From NCBI GenBank assembly GCA_020059745.1, contig JAGVBK010000002.1, positions 104,301 to 168,300 of the forward strand: DNA of 64,000 nt, given 5' to 3'. Source of the DNA: Candidatus Shapirobacteria bacterium (GTDB lineage: Bacteria > Patescibacteriota > Microgenomatia > UM-FILTER-40-11). This document shows, in pieces, positions 1 to 10,285 of the stretch. Below the pieces are notes generated by a model that was not told the origin of the DNA, did no database searches, and saw only the letters and a list, made by a program, of their open reading frames with translations. A program made the position numbers and the translations under genes. The number at the start of each line of letters is the position of its first letter. Within the stretch, counting starts at the first letter, position 1.

Positions 1-185
1 ATCGGATATCTTGATTCTGAGGAAATTAAAACTGAATTCATTGTAAGCTGTCAACTATAAAACTTTAGTAATAAAGTGTATCAACCATTTAATTCTTTCA
101 ATTTACAATTATCAATTTTCATTAAATGCTTCATTGAATCAATGTTACATTGAAAATTCATTGTGAATTGAAAATTATTCAATAG

Positions 186-629
186 TTATTGAAGCATTTC
201 TCTCACAATCCTGCCAACCTCGTTTCCTTCTGCCCTACCCTTTACTTTTGCCATTACCATCCCCATTACTTTTCCAAAGTTATTTTTTTCGTTTTCCGGT
301 AAGGTGGAAATTACTTCCTGAACCACATTTCTTAATTCATCTTCAGAAAGCTGTTGGGGCAAAAACTTACTCAAAACCTCAATTTCAGCCCTTTCTTTAC
401 TTGACAATTCCTCGCGTCCTGCTTTTTCGTAAATCTCTGCAGATTCTTTTCTTTGTTTGATTTGCCTCTGTACTACCGCGATAACATCTTCGTCAGTGGC
501 TTCTCTTTGTTTGGCGATTTCCTCGTTCTTAACTGCGGCAAGAAGCATCCTTAAAGCAGATAGCTCCTCTTTTTGTCCTGCTTTTAAGGATTGTTTTATG
601 TTTTCCTCAATTTGGGTTTTTAAAGACAT
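186..629 (-). CDS. yqeY: GatB/YqeY-domain protein
   Basis: 147-aa ORF. It is a helical Lys/Glu-rich protein with the LRMLLAAVKNEEI...QRQIKQRKES pattern typical of YqeY. It lies directly downstream of rpsU, a common arrangement. Confidence 0.75.
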   Translation of the reverse strand: MSLKTQIEENIKQSLKAGQKEELSALRMLLAAVKNEEIAKQREATDEDVIAVVQRQIKQRKESAEIYEKAGREELSSKERAEIEVLSKFLPQQLSEDELRNVVQEVISTLPENEKNNFGKVMGMVMAKVKGRAEGNEVGRIVREMLQ

Positions 630-824
630 TTACTTATTACCTTTCTTAAGCTTTTTCATCTTTTCGTATTTAGCTCTTGAAGGCTTTACGTAAAACTCTC
701 TTTTTTTAAGTTCGCCGATAATGTCATCAGCAAGGACTTTTTTCCTAAATTGGGCAATAAGTTGGTCATCAGTTTGACCTGGTTGTTTTTTGACAATGGT
801 TGCCATGAGTGATTCAAATAACAC
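630..824 (-). CDS. rpsU: 30S ribosomal protein S21
   Basis: Small basic ORF with a KREFYVKPSRAKYEKMKK C-terminus typical of S21. The start is ambiguous: GTG at 824 or ATG at 806. Confidence 0.8.
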   Translation of the reverse strand: MLFESLMATIVKKQPGQTDDQLIAQFRKKVLADDIIGELKKREFYVKPSRAKYEKMKKLKKGNK

Positions 825-830
825 CTCCCC

Positions 831-1835
831 TCAATCTTTTTTATTATTTTTATTTAATATATTTTCTGGCTGTTTCCAGAACCTTTTTTCAGCTTCTTCA
901 ATGGGCATTTCAAGAGAAAAACCGGCTGCTTGTTTGTGGCCGCCGCCTCCAAGTTCAACAGCTATTTGGGAAACATCAAAATCTTTCCTTGAGCGCAAAC
1001 TGCCACGCACCAAACAACCTCCCTCTTCATTAAGTATTATACCAAATTCTGTCCCCCCAACAACAGGGGCAAACAAACTGGCCGCCCCCTCAATTTCAGT
1101 CGGGTCAACTCCCAACTCTTCTCTTTCTTTGGCGCTTATTTTTGACCAAATAAACTTACCGCTTTCGTCTATCTGCATATTGTTCAATATTTTTCCCCAA
1201 TACTTCAAAGTTTTAAAACTGTATGAGCGCAAACTAAACAAAACCGACTCATCAAGGGAAGCGCCTTTTTCAATAAGCTCGGCAGCGGCTAAAAAAGTGC
1301 GGGATGAAGTCATCGGATACTGGAAACCGCCGGTATCGGTCATTATGCCCCTGAAGAGAAGGTCGGCCAGTTTTTCGTTAATCTTTATCCCCCAGTCTTT
1401 ATAAAGCCAAAAAAGAAGCTCTGCCGTTGAGCTAAAAGGATAAACCAGGTTAATGTCTCCATACTTATTATTTGTGATATGGTGGTCAATGTTTATTACT
1501 TTAAATTTATTCGGGAACTCTTTTGGATACGGGCTTCTGGTAATCATTCTTTCCTGGGCACTGTCAAGGGCAATAAAAAGGTCAAAGTCGGAAAAATTTA
1601 TCTTTGAAAAATCAGTAATTTCAATTTTGCTTTCTCCGGCAAAGTCAAGAAGCTTGGGTGGAATTTGGCTAAAAGAAATTATTTTTGTTTCCTTGCCCAT
1701 TGACCTTAAAACTTGATCCATGCTTAAAGTTGAAGTCAAGCTGTCAATATCAGGCGAAACATGCAAGGAAAGAAGGATTTTTTTAGCTTTTTTAATTTCA
1801 GAAAGAACTTTCCTTGACTCTTTTTTTAAAAACAC
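831..1835 (-). CDS. DHH/DHHA1 phosphoesterase (NrnA-like)
   Basis: 334 aa. Contains HVSPDIDS, DHHITN and a C-terminal GGGGH motif, characteristic of DHH-DHHA1 oligoribonuclease/pAp phosphatases. Confidence 0.8.
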   Translation of the reverse strand: MFLKKESRKVLSEIKKAKKILLSLHVSPDIDSLTSTLSMDQVLRSMGKETKIISFSQIPPKLLDFAGESKIEITDFSKINFSDFDLFIALDSAQERMITRSPYPKEFPNKFKVINIDHHITNNKYGDINLVYPFSSTAELLFWLYKDWGIKINEKLADLLFRGIMTDTGGFQYPMTSSRTFLAAAELIEKGASLDESVLFSLRSYSFKTLKYWGKILNNMQIDESGKFIWSKISAKEREELGVDPTEIEGAASLFAPVVGGTEFGIILNEEGGCLVRGSLRSRKDFDVSQIAVELGGGGHKQAAGFSLEMPIEEAEKRFWKQPENILNKNNKKD

Positions 1836-1856
1836 TTCTCTATTTTACTAAAATCT

Positions 1857-2942
1857 TTAGTTTCTTACCAGTCTGGCAACATCATTTATGGTGATAAGAA
1901 GCATCAAGGCTAGTAAAAGCGCCATGCCAATACTATTAGCCCAGACTTCAATTTTTGGATTAACTTTTTTCCTGAAAATTGCTTCATAACCTAAAAAGAC
2001 AAGTCTGCCGCCGTCTAAGGCCGGAAAAGGCAAAATGTTAATAATGGCAAGATTTACAGAAAGAATGCCCAAAAACTGAAGTAAAGCAAGGAAACCCGCT
2101 TCTTTTACCTGGCCGGTAATCTGGTAAATTCCAACAGGTCCTGCTAAATCTTTACTAGGCGCTTCACCCTTAACCAGCCTAAGAAGAACATTATCTTTTA
2201 GAGAAGTCAGTATCATTTTTCCCCAATTTATTGATTCTTTAAACCCTTCCCTCACACCTAAATAGGGCATTTGCCAGGCTGGATATTTTTTTAATTCCGT
2301 GTCTGAAATCGCTACACCTAAAGGCCCTTCGCCTTCTGGCGGCTCTTTTCTAGGCACTACCCGATAAACCTGGCTTTCATTTTCTCTGGCGACAGTAAGC
2401 TCGACCTCTTCCCCTGCTTTGGCAGTGGTATATTCAACAAAGCTGTCAATTTCGTTAAACTCCCTGCCGTCAACGGAAATGATTTTATCCTCTGGCATAA
2501 GCCCAATTTCGCTGGCCGGAGAACCAGATGATACTGCCAAGATTTTAATCTCTCCTGTTTTAGTCGGAATACCGTAAATAAAATAAAGGATAGAAAAAAC
2601 AACTATCGCCAATAAAACATTCATTGTTACTCCGCCGACAAGAACAGAAAATCTTTTAAAAAGCGACTTTTCAAAAAAGGCTCTACCTTTAGCTTTTTCA
2701 ATTTTCTCGGCTGTTTCTGCCTGCTCGCCATTCTCTCCAAAGAGTCTGACAAAACCGCCAATAGGAAGCGCGTTTATTGAGTAAATTGTTTCACCTACTT
2801 TTTTACCCCAAATTCTTGGAGGCAAGCCAAAACCAAATTCTTCAACTAAAATACCTGCTTTTTTGGCAGCAATAAAATGGCCGAGCTCGTGAATGAAGAC
2901 CAAAACCGACAGAATCAGAATAAAAATTATTAAAGTCATCAA
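1857..2942 (-). CDS. rseP: RseP-type site-2 metalloprotease (M50 with PDZ)
   Basis: 361 aa. It has an N-terminal HELGHF zinc motif in a TM helix, a central PDZ-like segment and a C-terminal NLAIINILPFPALDGG motif. Confidence 0.85.
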   Translation of the reverse strand: MMTLIIFILILSVLVFIHELGHFIAAKKAGILVEEFGFGLPPRIWGKKVGETIYSINALPIGGFVRLFGENGEQAETAEKIEKAKGRAFFEKSLFKRFSVLVGGVTMNVLLAIVVFSILYFIYGIPTKTGEIKILAVSSGSPASEIGLMPEDKIISVDGREFNEIDSFVEYTTAKAGEEVELTVARENESQVYRVVPRKEPPEGEGPLGVAISDTELKKYPAWQMPYLGVREGFKESINWGKMILTSLKDNVLLRLVKGEAPSKDLAGPVGIYQITGQVKEAGFLALLQFLGILSVNLAIINILPFPALDGGRLVFLGYEAIFRKKVNPKIEVWANSIGMALLLALMLLITINDVARLVRN

Positions 2943-2946
2943 GAAG

Positions 2947-5900
2947 TTAGTATACCCTAATTTTTTCCTGATTCAAAGCAACAATCGCGCTTATGGTTGC
3001 GAGCAGCAAGGTAAAACCAAAATATTGAAGATACTGGGGGATGAAAATCAGAACTACTCTGCTCTCGTTTTCCGAGCCAGGCAACACCCAACCGTTTTCC
3101 CAATTATTGACAAGAACATGATCATTAATCTCCCGGCCAACTAAAGGCAGTAGAAAAGCGGGTCTTTTAATTAAGCTTTCTCCTTCGAAGTAAGCTTTCC
3201 AGCCTTCATGATAAGACTGGGATAAGACAAGAAGGCTTTCCTGCCGTGGGGGGACATCGATTTTATAAAGGCTGGGGTTGGGGTGAGAACTTTCCGCCTT
3301 CATGTATTTAATTGGAGCCAAAGAAACATCTTTTTGGAAACGAATTCCAGAAAGAAAGTAGTATGGAATTGGGTTGATAGTAATCATCCCCAAATCATTG
3401 ACAGATTCATGCCTGCCAATAGAGATATTGTCAAAATGGAGCCGGTAGCCAATGCCTGATTTCTGCATCGGTGGTTGGATAATGAACTTCTCTCCTCCTT
3501 CTTTTTGAAGATAAAATTCCTGGTCTGCCCTTCTTGCACTTTGATTTTCCAGCCAAAAAAGCAGGCTTTTGCCTTTGACATTTTCATTCTCAACTTTAAT
3601 AAGATAGCCGAATTTATGAAGCAAATTCTCAAAACTAAAAGTGGCTGAGCAGTTGGTGGAATTAACGGCGCTAAGCCTTAGAAAGTTATTCCCCTGTTTA
3701 TTTGCAATTTCATTTTTGACTGTACCGAAACTGAATTGATTGCAGTTTTTAGCTTCTAAGCCTCCGGCAGTCGGATTAACTTCACCGCTGAAATAGCCCC
3801 CAACCTTAGGAACAATCACCTCGATATTCCTTCCCTGAACATTTACCTTTGGAATAAGATACTTAACATCGCTAAAGTCCCCGGGGTTTACCCAAATGAG
3901 TTCTCTGCCGTCAAAATCTGGAAGCCTTAGTTCATATGACAAAACCTCTTGAGGCACTTCCTTTGAAAAAATAAAGCTGTCTTTTGTTTCCTTAATATTA
4001 AAATCAAAACCTTCTGTCCCCCTGCCGGTAAAAATGGAACGGAACGGATAGTAGTAGTCCGCTTCTTTTTGCTCTGAATATATCCCCAAATCCAAAAAAG
4101 CCCGGTCATAACTTCCCCACCTGTAAGAAGAAGCCACTTTGGCAGTATCGGTAGAAATAAAGACATAATTTTCTATTGGATAGTCCAGATTAACTTTATA
4201 AAGCAGGATATTGCCAAAAGTTTTTTCAAGGCTGAATTTTGGCGAAGAAAACATCTCTTCAAGCTCGTCAAAACCCAGAGCTTTATAGTTGCCGGTATTG
4301 TAAATGTTTTTATCGACAAGCGCGTATTCTATTTGGTACTTATCAAATATCTTTTCAAATATTTCATTTTTCCTTGAAAAAAGAGCATACGACATTTCCC
4401 AGTAATAGTTCTCGTTTTGGCTGCTCCACATGTCAAAATTACGGTCTAGAATCGGCTGGTTAATACCATACCAAATAAAACCCGAGCCGGTATAATTCCA
4501 ACGGTAAAGACTCCAACCCCAAAAACTTGATTGGGGAAAATCGGCAATTCTCCCGTCTTTACCGCTTTTTTTAAGATAAGAAAAAAGCTCAAAATAGTTT
4601 TCGGGAATGCGGGCTTTTACCCTTGGGTAAAATAATTTACCCTGAAAAACCGGATACAAATAAAACACGGGCAAAAAAGCCAAAAGGACAATGATTAAGA
4701 GGCTCTTTTTTGAGTTTGCCTTTGAACTTAACCAAAAACAAAATGCACCAAAATACAAAGAAAGGCAAAAAGCAAGCAAAGCGGAAAACTTAGTAAAAGG
4801 AAATCTGAACATCTGAGAAAATAGCGGAAGCTTAAAGAAAGCTTTTGACAAAAGCGAAATAACCGGTGTTTCGTTGGCTAAAACTAAAAAAGACAAGAAG
4901 AAAACCGGCAAAAAAGAGATTAATTTTTTAAATTTTAAAAATGAAATTAAAGCGCCTGCCGTTCCTAAGAAAAAAAGCAAAAACCCAAAGAAAGAAATCA
5001 CCGGATTTTCGAGGTGTCCTGTCCAAGGCGCCATTAGATAATTCACTGTTCCGTTCTCACTTGTTTCCGTGGTATCAAACCAAAAACCTTTAAGAAGAAC
5101 GACATTTTTTAGATCCCCGTATTTTTTGTTTTTAAGTAAGTTGTCTTCGGTTGTCATCTGGCTAATTTTTGACTGGACCGTGATATTAACATCCGAAAAG
5201 ACAAAATAAAGATTTGGCAAAAGCCAAAAAGCGTTAGTGATAAAAATAAAAGCAAAAGAAAGCAAAACCCTCTTAAGACTGCCTTTGTTTTGCAAAAGAT
5301 AAACAAAAGAAGCCAAACCCCAAGCCATTAAATAGACCGCAAAAAAGGTGCCTACATATCCCTGTGGCACAGCCAGCAAATTCACCAAAAGAAGAAAAAT
5401 AAGGCTCTTTTTATCCCTTTTCTCCAGGAAATTAAGATTAACTAAAAACAACCAGGGCAAAGAAGCAAAGTGGTGAGAAAAAGCTTCAAAAGGAACATAA
5501 AAAAGCTGAATTGTGGCCAGGTTAAAAAGATAAAAGACAGAGCCGGCCAGAGCGGAAAGTTTTTTCTTACCTTTTCCTGCCAAGAGAAAAGAAAGTAAAA
5601 AGTAAATCCCCAAAGACCCCAGGTAAAGCATTAGAAAGTGGTAAAAATATCTGAGAAACGAACTTGGGAGAAACAAAGAAAAAATCCATAAAATTAGCTG
5701 CCTTGGCAAGTCTGCGGCATGGCCCATGCCACCCATTAAACCCAAGCCCTGATACTCCTGCCAGGAAGCAAAAAATGATCTTTTAAGATTAAGGCCAAAA
5801 TCAAACTCAGGATGAAGGTTATCCCAACCTGAAAGCCATGTTCCGGCATGAGAATTTGCAATGCTTATAGCCAAAAAGACGGCAGTTAAAATCAGCACCG

Positions 5901-5949
5901 GCCAAATGTCAATTACTTTAAGGAAAAATTGTTTAAAAAAGTTTTTCAT
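2947..5949 (-). CDS. Large polytopic membrane protein, GT-C-fold glycosyltransferase-like
   Basis: 1000 aa. The N-terminal half has many hydrophobic helices with an early GWDNLHPEFDF loop. The C-terminal roughly 450 aa is soluble. It neighbours GT1 and GT2 genes. The family assignment (AftD/DUF3367- or YfhO-like) is inference only. Confidence 0.45.
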   Translation of the reverse strand: MKNFFKQFFLKVIDIWPVLILTAVFLAISIANSHAGTWLSGWDNLHPEFDFGLNLKRSFFASWQEYQGLGLMGGMGHAADLPRQLILWIFSLFLPSSFLRYFYHFLMLYLGSLGIYFLLSFLLAGKGKKKLSALAGSVFYLFNLATIQLFYVPFEAFSHHFASLPWLFLVNLNFLEKRDKKSLIFLLLVNLLAVPQGYVGTFFAVYLMAWGLASFVYLLQNKGSLKRVLLSFAFIFITNAFWLLPNLYFVFSDVNITVQSKISQMTTEDNLLKNKKYGDLKNVVLLKGFWFDTTETSENGTVNYLMAPWTGHLENPVISFFGFLLFFLGTAGALISFLKFKKLISFLPVFFLSFLVLANETPVISLLSKAFFKLPLFSQMFRFPFTKFSALLAFCLSLYFGAFCFWLSSKANSKKSLLIIVLLAFLPVFYLYPVFQGKLFYPRVKARIPENYFELFSYLKKSGKDGRIADFPQSSFWGWSLYRWNYTGSGFIWYGINQPILDRNFDMWSSQNENYYWEMSYALFSRKNEIFEKIFDKYQIEYALVDKNIYNTGNYKALGFDELEEMFSSPKFSLEKTFGNILLYKVNLDYPIENYVFISTDTAKVASSYRWGSYDRAFLDLGIYSEQKEADYYYPFRSIFTGRGTEGFDFNIKETKDSFIFSKEVPQEVLSYELRLPDFDGRELIWVNPGDFSDVKYLIPKVNVQGRNIEVIVPKVGGYFSGEVNPTAGGLEAKNCNQFSFGTVKNEIANKQGNNFLRLSAVNSTNCSATFSFENLLHKFGYLIKVENENVKGKSLLFWLENQSARRADQEFYLQKEGGEKFIIQPPMQKSGIGYRLHFDNISIGRHESVNDLGMITINPIPYYFLSGIRFQKDVSLAPIKYMKAESSHPNPSLYKIDVPPRQESLLVLSQSYHEGWKAYFEGESLIKRPAFLLPLVGREINDHVLVNNWENGWVLPGSENESRVVLIFIPQYLQYFGFTLLLATISAIVALNQEKIRVY

Positions 5950-5959
5950 TTTGTTTAAC

Positions 5960-7240
5960 TTATCCGTTTAACAAATAAGCGTATTTTTCTCCGATTGCCG
6001 ACCAGCTTCTTTTTTCAGACATGATCTTGGAAAACTTTTTCATTTTCCCCTGCAAAACCTTGCTTTCCGACACTTCTTTTAATTTTTTAAACAAATCTTT
6101 TGAATCAAGACTAAAAATAATCTCTTCCATTTTAAGATTACTTTTTTCTAATGCCTCTTTTATGTCCAAAGAAAGGCAGTAAGCGCTTAAAGGCTCAGAA
6201 AACAAAACCGGCTTTTTATAGGAAAAGGCAATGGACAGTGGTCCGCTGCTGCTGACAAATATCCGGTAAGGAAGTATTACTACATCACTTAAGCTAAAAA
6301 AGTCGTTTATATTTTCTTCATTAATAAAGCCGGTTATTTCGATGTTTTTACCTGCTTTTTTAGCGCATTTGTAAATAGCGGCAATGAATTTTTTATAAAC
6401 CCTATCCTCTTCATGAGTTTTTGCCGGACCGCCGGCCATTATGAGTTTGATGTTTGTTTTTTTGTTCTTTGAAAAATAATGGCTTAAGGTTTTAACCAAC
6501 CAGTCCGAACCCTTATACCAAGTCAAAAAACCAAAACAAAGAACCACAAAATCACTCTCTTTAATTCTCATTTCTTTAAGTTTCACTCTTGAAAGAGCTT
6601 CTTTTCTTTTGGAAGTTCTTCCGTTTGGCTCAACTCCTAATGAAATAGTAACCACCTTTGAGCGGTCAGAGGTAAACTGAAGAGCATGGTTCCTTAGTAT
6701 TTCTTCAAAAGCCACTGTTTTATGACTTAGGTTAACTCCAAGAAAGTAAAGTGTTTTTAAAGCCAAGGTGTATGCTTTCGCCCGAAAACTGTCTTTTTTA
6801 ATTCCCAATTGTTCCACTGCTAAATTGGCATCAGTTAAAATGCCGTGAGAAACAAAATAAACTTTTTTTTGCATGAGCCTTAAAAATAAAAGCAGTGCCG
6901 GAACGCCGGCAAGAAGATAGCGTTTATTGCCGAATATCGCCCATTCAAAAGCAAAAAACACTTTTAAACAGTTTCTCTCCTTTAGTATCTCCCGCACAAT
7001 CTGCAAAAAAAGCTTTGGCTTGTTTCTATCCCAAACTCTTTTTACCTTGATTTTGTCTTCAAAGTATTCTTCTTTACCACCGTCAAGCTTGTCCGCCAAA
7101 ACCACAAACTTTAGTTTTTTCTCTTTTTCCATGCTGGAGAGCAGGGTTTTTTTGGAATAAGGAGCAACTGCCGAATAAGGGTGGTTGTGTAAACTTCCTT
7201 TAGGAGGATAAGTGGTAATAACTAGAATTTTTTCTTTCAT
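5960..7240 (-). CDS. Glycosyltransferase, GT1/GT4-like
   Basis: 426 aa with Rossmann-like halves. The C-terminal half shows GFINEE...SDVVILPY...SSGPL, resembling the GT-B retaining glycosyltransferase signature. Confidence 0.65.
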   Translation of the reverse strand: MKEKILVITTYPPKGSLHNHPYSAVAPYSKKTLLSSMEKEKKLKFVVLADKLDGGKEEYFEDKIKVKRVWDRNKPKLFLQIVREILKERNCLKVFFAFEWAIFGNKRYLLAGVPALLLFLRLMQKKVYFVSHGILTDANLAVEQLGIKKDSFRAKAYTLALKTLYFLGVNLSHKTVAFEEILRNHALQFTSDRSKVVTISLGVEPNGRTSKRKEALSRVKLKEMRIKESDFVVLCFGFLTWYKGSDWLVKTLSHYFSKNKKTNIKLIMAGGPAKTHEEDRVYKKFIAAIYKCAKKAGKNIEITGFINEENINDFFSLSDVVILPYRIFVSSSGPLSIAFSYKKPVLFSEPLSAYCLSLDIKEALEKSNLKMEEIIFSLDSKDLFKKLKEVSESKVLQGKMKKFSKIMSEKRSWSAIGEKYAYLLNG

Positions 7241-7255
7241 AGGGCAGAAAAGAAA

Positions 7256-8062
7256 TTAATATTCGAAAACTTTTTTAAAAGAAGAAACCACTACCTTTCT
7301 GAATTGTGGCCTTATCTGATAAATATTCTTTAGATCATTAACTTTAATGGCAAACATTTCTTTGAAAGCTCTCAAAATATCCCTTACCAGGTTAACTTTA
7401 CTTGACTTACTTATATGTTTCCAAGTAACAGGCAGCTCGACAATTCTGTAATTAAGCTTGTTGCTGACATAAATTACTTCCGGATCCAGCCCCCATCTTT
7501 CTTGAGTCAATCTGGGAAAAACATCGCGACAGACTTGGTAAGAAAAAACCTTAAAGCCGCCGGTAAAATCAGCAATTTTAATTCCTAAAACAGTTTGGAG
7601 AATTTTACTGTGAACCGTGCCGATTATTTCCCTAACCATACTTCTTTTAACCAAGGAAATAGTTTGGGGAAGCTTTTTGCTGCCTACTAAAACTTCATAA
7701 CCTTTATGCATAAAGAGAGAAAATTCTTTAAGGTTTTCAAGAGGAATTGACATGTCGCCGTCTAAAAACATGCCAAAATCAGTATTTACCTCTTTTACTC
7801 CCTGCATGACCGCATATCCCCGGCCTTTGTTTAAGGGATAGGAAATAAGGAAAATTTCCGTTTGGTCAATAATATTTCCGGAGTACTGTCTTTGGAAATT
7901 TTTCAGTAAAGAAAGAGTTTTGTCTTTACTGCCGTCATCAACAAAAATAAGTTTTTCAATCTTAATGCTTTTTGGGCTTTTGTAATTGACAAGATAACCC
8001 AAAGTTTTTTTAAGCCTTTTTTCTTCATTATAGAGAGGGACAATGACAGTTAATGTTTTCAT
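7256..8062 (-). CDS. GT2 glycosyltransferase (polyprenol-phosphate sugar transferase-like)
   Basis: 268 aa. Contains VIVPLYNEE, VDDGSKDKT and a DGD motif, typical of dolichyl/undecaprenyl-phosphate glycosyltransferases. Confidence 0.8.
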   Translation of the reverse strand: MKTLTVIVPLYNEEKRLKKTLGYLVNYKSPKSIKIEKLIFVDDGSKDKTLSLLKNFQRQYSGNIIDQTEIFLISYPLNKGRGYAVMQGVKEVNTDFGMFLDGDMSIPLENLKEFSLFMHKGYEVLVGSKKLPQTISLVKRSMVREIIGTVHSKILQTVLGIKIADFTGGFKVFSYQVCRDVFPRLTQERWGLDPEVIYVSNKLNYRIVELPVTWKHISKSSKVNLVRDILRAFKEMFAIKVNDLKNIYQIRPQFRKVVVSSFKKVFEY

Positions 8063-8063
8063 C

Positions 8064-8279
8064 TTAAAACCCCTTTTCTTTCATGCACCTTTGGTATGAG
8101 TCCCAATCAGGGACACGGGCGCTGCTGCCGCCCTCAGGGTTCTCATAAGTATTGACGCCCACTGTCATACACCCCTGAACAGCATTGTTTTTTATCATTC
8201 TTTCCGATTGCCTGTATCCCAAAACCACCGCTCCAATAAGGGCGGCGCCGATTAAGATAGTTCCGATATCTTTTCTCAT
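8064..8279 (-). CDS. Small single-pass membrane protein, unknown function
   Basis: The internal Met (MRKDIGTILIGAALIGAVVLGY...) gives a 71-aa protein with one TM helix and two Cys. The longer 94-aa version has an unlikely N-terminus. Confidence 0.45.
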   Translation of the reverse strand: MRKDIGTILIGAALIGAVVLGYRQSERMIKNNAVQGCMTVGVNTYENPEGGSSARVPDWDSYQRCMKEKGF

Positions 8280-8403
8280 TTTTTCACCGATAAAAGCATA
8301 AAATAAATTTTTATACTTTAGTCGATGCGTAACCCGAAGAGTGTTCATTTACCTTATGAAGGTAAACTACTAACCCTCCGGGTTACGCGATCGGCATGCA
8401 ATG

Positions 8404-9549
8404 CTACTTGACAAGTCCCAGATACTGCTCCCGCCAGAATGTGGCTGCAATAGCCATTCCTTCCCACCCTACGGGAATTCTGGCTTTGGGATAGCTTGGG
8501 ATCAATATCAAGTTTGGGTCGGTCGGCACCTCCAGACGCTCTCCGTCGAACGGAAATTCGAACGGATTCCTGATGAAAAACGCGTCTTGGGGAGGTGCCT
8601 GCCAGTTGCCGTTGCCCAGATCGACGAGCCTGACACTCGGTGCAAGGCCGAATGTTGAGCGGATCCACGCTTCGTTCACCTGTGAAGGCGAAAAAGCGGG
8701 GGTCGCACTGGGAACGACGGGCGTTGGGGCAGCTAGCGGAACTGGTGTCTGAGTTGGCACAACTTGGGCTACCAAAGTAGCTGTCGGCTGTACCAAACTT
8801 GAGACCTGACCGATTTGACCAACTGAGGTCACAGGGATCACGCCAGTGATCCTGTGATACTCGTCAATACTGAAAGGCCTGAACGTGATCCCCTGTACAG
8901 GACCACACCAACCAGCAGGAATTCCTGACCCAACTGCTTCTGGGGGAAAACCCTCTTCTAGGGTCCTCCCGTGCAACTCCCGCTGTCTGCGGTCCGCCAT
9001 CCAGCCATCTTGCCGGAAAGGAGTGAAGTTACAAACCTCAATGGAAACAATATTCCCAAAGAGGTCTTTCTCCTCCGGCACCTTCCAGCTCCATGGCTCA
9101 CCCCTAGCCCTGCTAACCTCGCTGGGCTCAATGGACGGCTGAGCCTGTCTCCTTGTTGCAAGGATAACAAACTCATCCACTGACCTTGGCCAATCCTCCA
9201 TGACCTCAAGGCCTAGAACCCTGATGTCGTCCAGAGTCTGACCGCCAGTCAGAGTAAGCCCGAAAGCCTGAACCCTAGGTGACGGTGCCATTGCAACCGT
9301 CGGTTCGGATTGAACAGCCTCCTGACCGGGAGTCGGAGTCACAAGGACCTCAACAACCCGAGTCACTTCGACCGGAACCTCCTTCTCGACAACGACGGTC
9401 TCCTTGACCACCTGAGGGACGACCCTGGTGACCTCGACCGGGACCGTCTCCTTGACGATCTCGGGCGTTGGTGTCAGAGCACTTTCCCTGAGCGCACAAC
9501 CCGTGATCATCACGATAGCCACCATTACAACCAGGAATATCATCTTCAT
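8404..9549 (-). CDS. Lipoprotein, unknown function (GC-rich island)
   Basis: 381 aa. It has a signal peptide with lipobox MITGC and an AGGAGG-type SD upstream. An N-terminal tandem KETV.VEVTRVV repeat and Pro/Thr linkers are present. I recognised no family. Confidence 0.6.
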   Translation of the reverse strand: MKMIFLVVMVAIVMITGCALRESALTPTPEIVKETVPVEVTRVVPQVVKETVVVEKEVPVEVTRVVEVLVTPTPGQEAVQSEPTVAMAPSPRVQAFGLTLTGGQTLDDIRVLGLEVMEDWPRSVDEFVILATRRQAQPSIEPSEVSRARGEPWSWKVPEEKDLFGNIVSIEVCNFTPFRQDGWMADRRQRELHGRTLEEGFPPEAVGSGIPAGWCGPVQGITFRPFSIDEYHRITGVIPVTSVGQIGQVSSLVQPTATLVAQVVPTQTPVPLAAPTPVVPSATPAFSPSQVNEAWIRSTFGLAPSVRLVDLGNGNWQAPPQDAFFIRNPFEFPFDGERLEVPTDPNLILIPSYPKARIPVGWEGMAIAATFWREQYLGLVK

Positions 9550-9559
9550 CTCAACCCTC

Positions 9560-10072
9560 CTAATCCCTCTGATGTCTCCGAAGAAACCCTGGAATGTCCA
9601 ACTCCGAACCGGGCGGATCCAGAGGATTTTCAGGCGTCTGCCTTTCCTCTTTCATCTCCGCCGCCCTGAAATTCAACCGTTCCAATTCCTCGATAAGCTC
9701 CTCCCTTTTCTCGTTCAGCTTCTTGATCTCATTTCTCGCCTGCTCGAGTTGAACTCTTTTTTCGCCAACGACACTAGTCAACTCTGCCACAGTCTTCTGT
9801 AGTTCGAGAACTTCTCCGTACAACTCATTTTTTCGACGCTGGCCTTCCTCAATCTTCTCGTCTGTTGTTGAGGCAACTTCCTCTTTCCTCCCTCTCACGT
9901 TCAAGATTATGGAAAGAACGAAAAGCAAAACCCCAACGACCAGGAGAATCCAGACCCAAGGCTCAAAAATCGCGAAAAAGTCGACGAGGACAAGCCCAAC
10001 AACAATATTTACCAGGCTCACCCCCAAAAACACAGTACCAACAATAAGTAAGACCAACACCAGGCGCTTCAT
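9560..10072 (-). CDS. Membrane-anchored coiled-coil protein (GC-rich island)
   Basis: The start is taken at MKRLVLVLLIVG, which has an AGGAGA SD 7 nt upstream. There are two or three TM helices, then a heptad-like Glu/Lys-rich segment (LQKTVAELTSVVGEKRVQLEQARNEIKKLNEKREELIEELERL). Confidence 0.55.
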   Translation of the reverse strand: MKRLVLVLLIVGTVFLGVSLVNIVVGLVLVDFFAIFEPWVWILLVVGVLLFVLSIILNVRGRKEEVASTTDEKIEEGQRRKNELYGEVLELQKTVAELTSVVGEKRVQLEQARNEIKKLNEKREELIEELERLNFRAAEMKEERQTPENPLDPPGSELDIPGFLRRHQRD

Positions 10073-10285
10073 GTCTTCTTCTCCTTTGCATGCCGATGTC
10101 AAAGAACTACTTTTGGCTCCTTCCAAGAACCGCAATTGGTCCTCTTTCTGGGCCAAAAGACCGATTTTTCAAAATCGGAATAATACCCACTATTAATGAA
10201 CATCTTTCCGACTTCAAAAGACAACCAGCCGGAGAGAGAAAGATACGCTTGCGCGTAAACAAACTCTCTCCGGCGAGATGCCATC

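Noticed and set aside
6458-6475. 18-nt exact match (TTTTTTGTTCTTTGAAAA) between the GT1 CDS and the left flank of the IR cassette (51786-51803)
   Set aside because: This is a low-complexity AT-rich string lying inside an ordinary coding region. It is probably coincidental and is not evidence of a second cassette copy.
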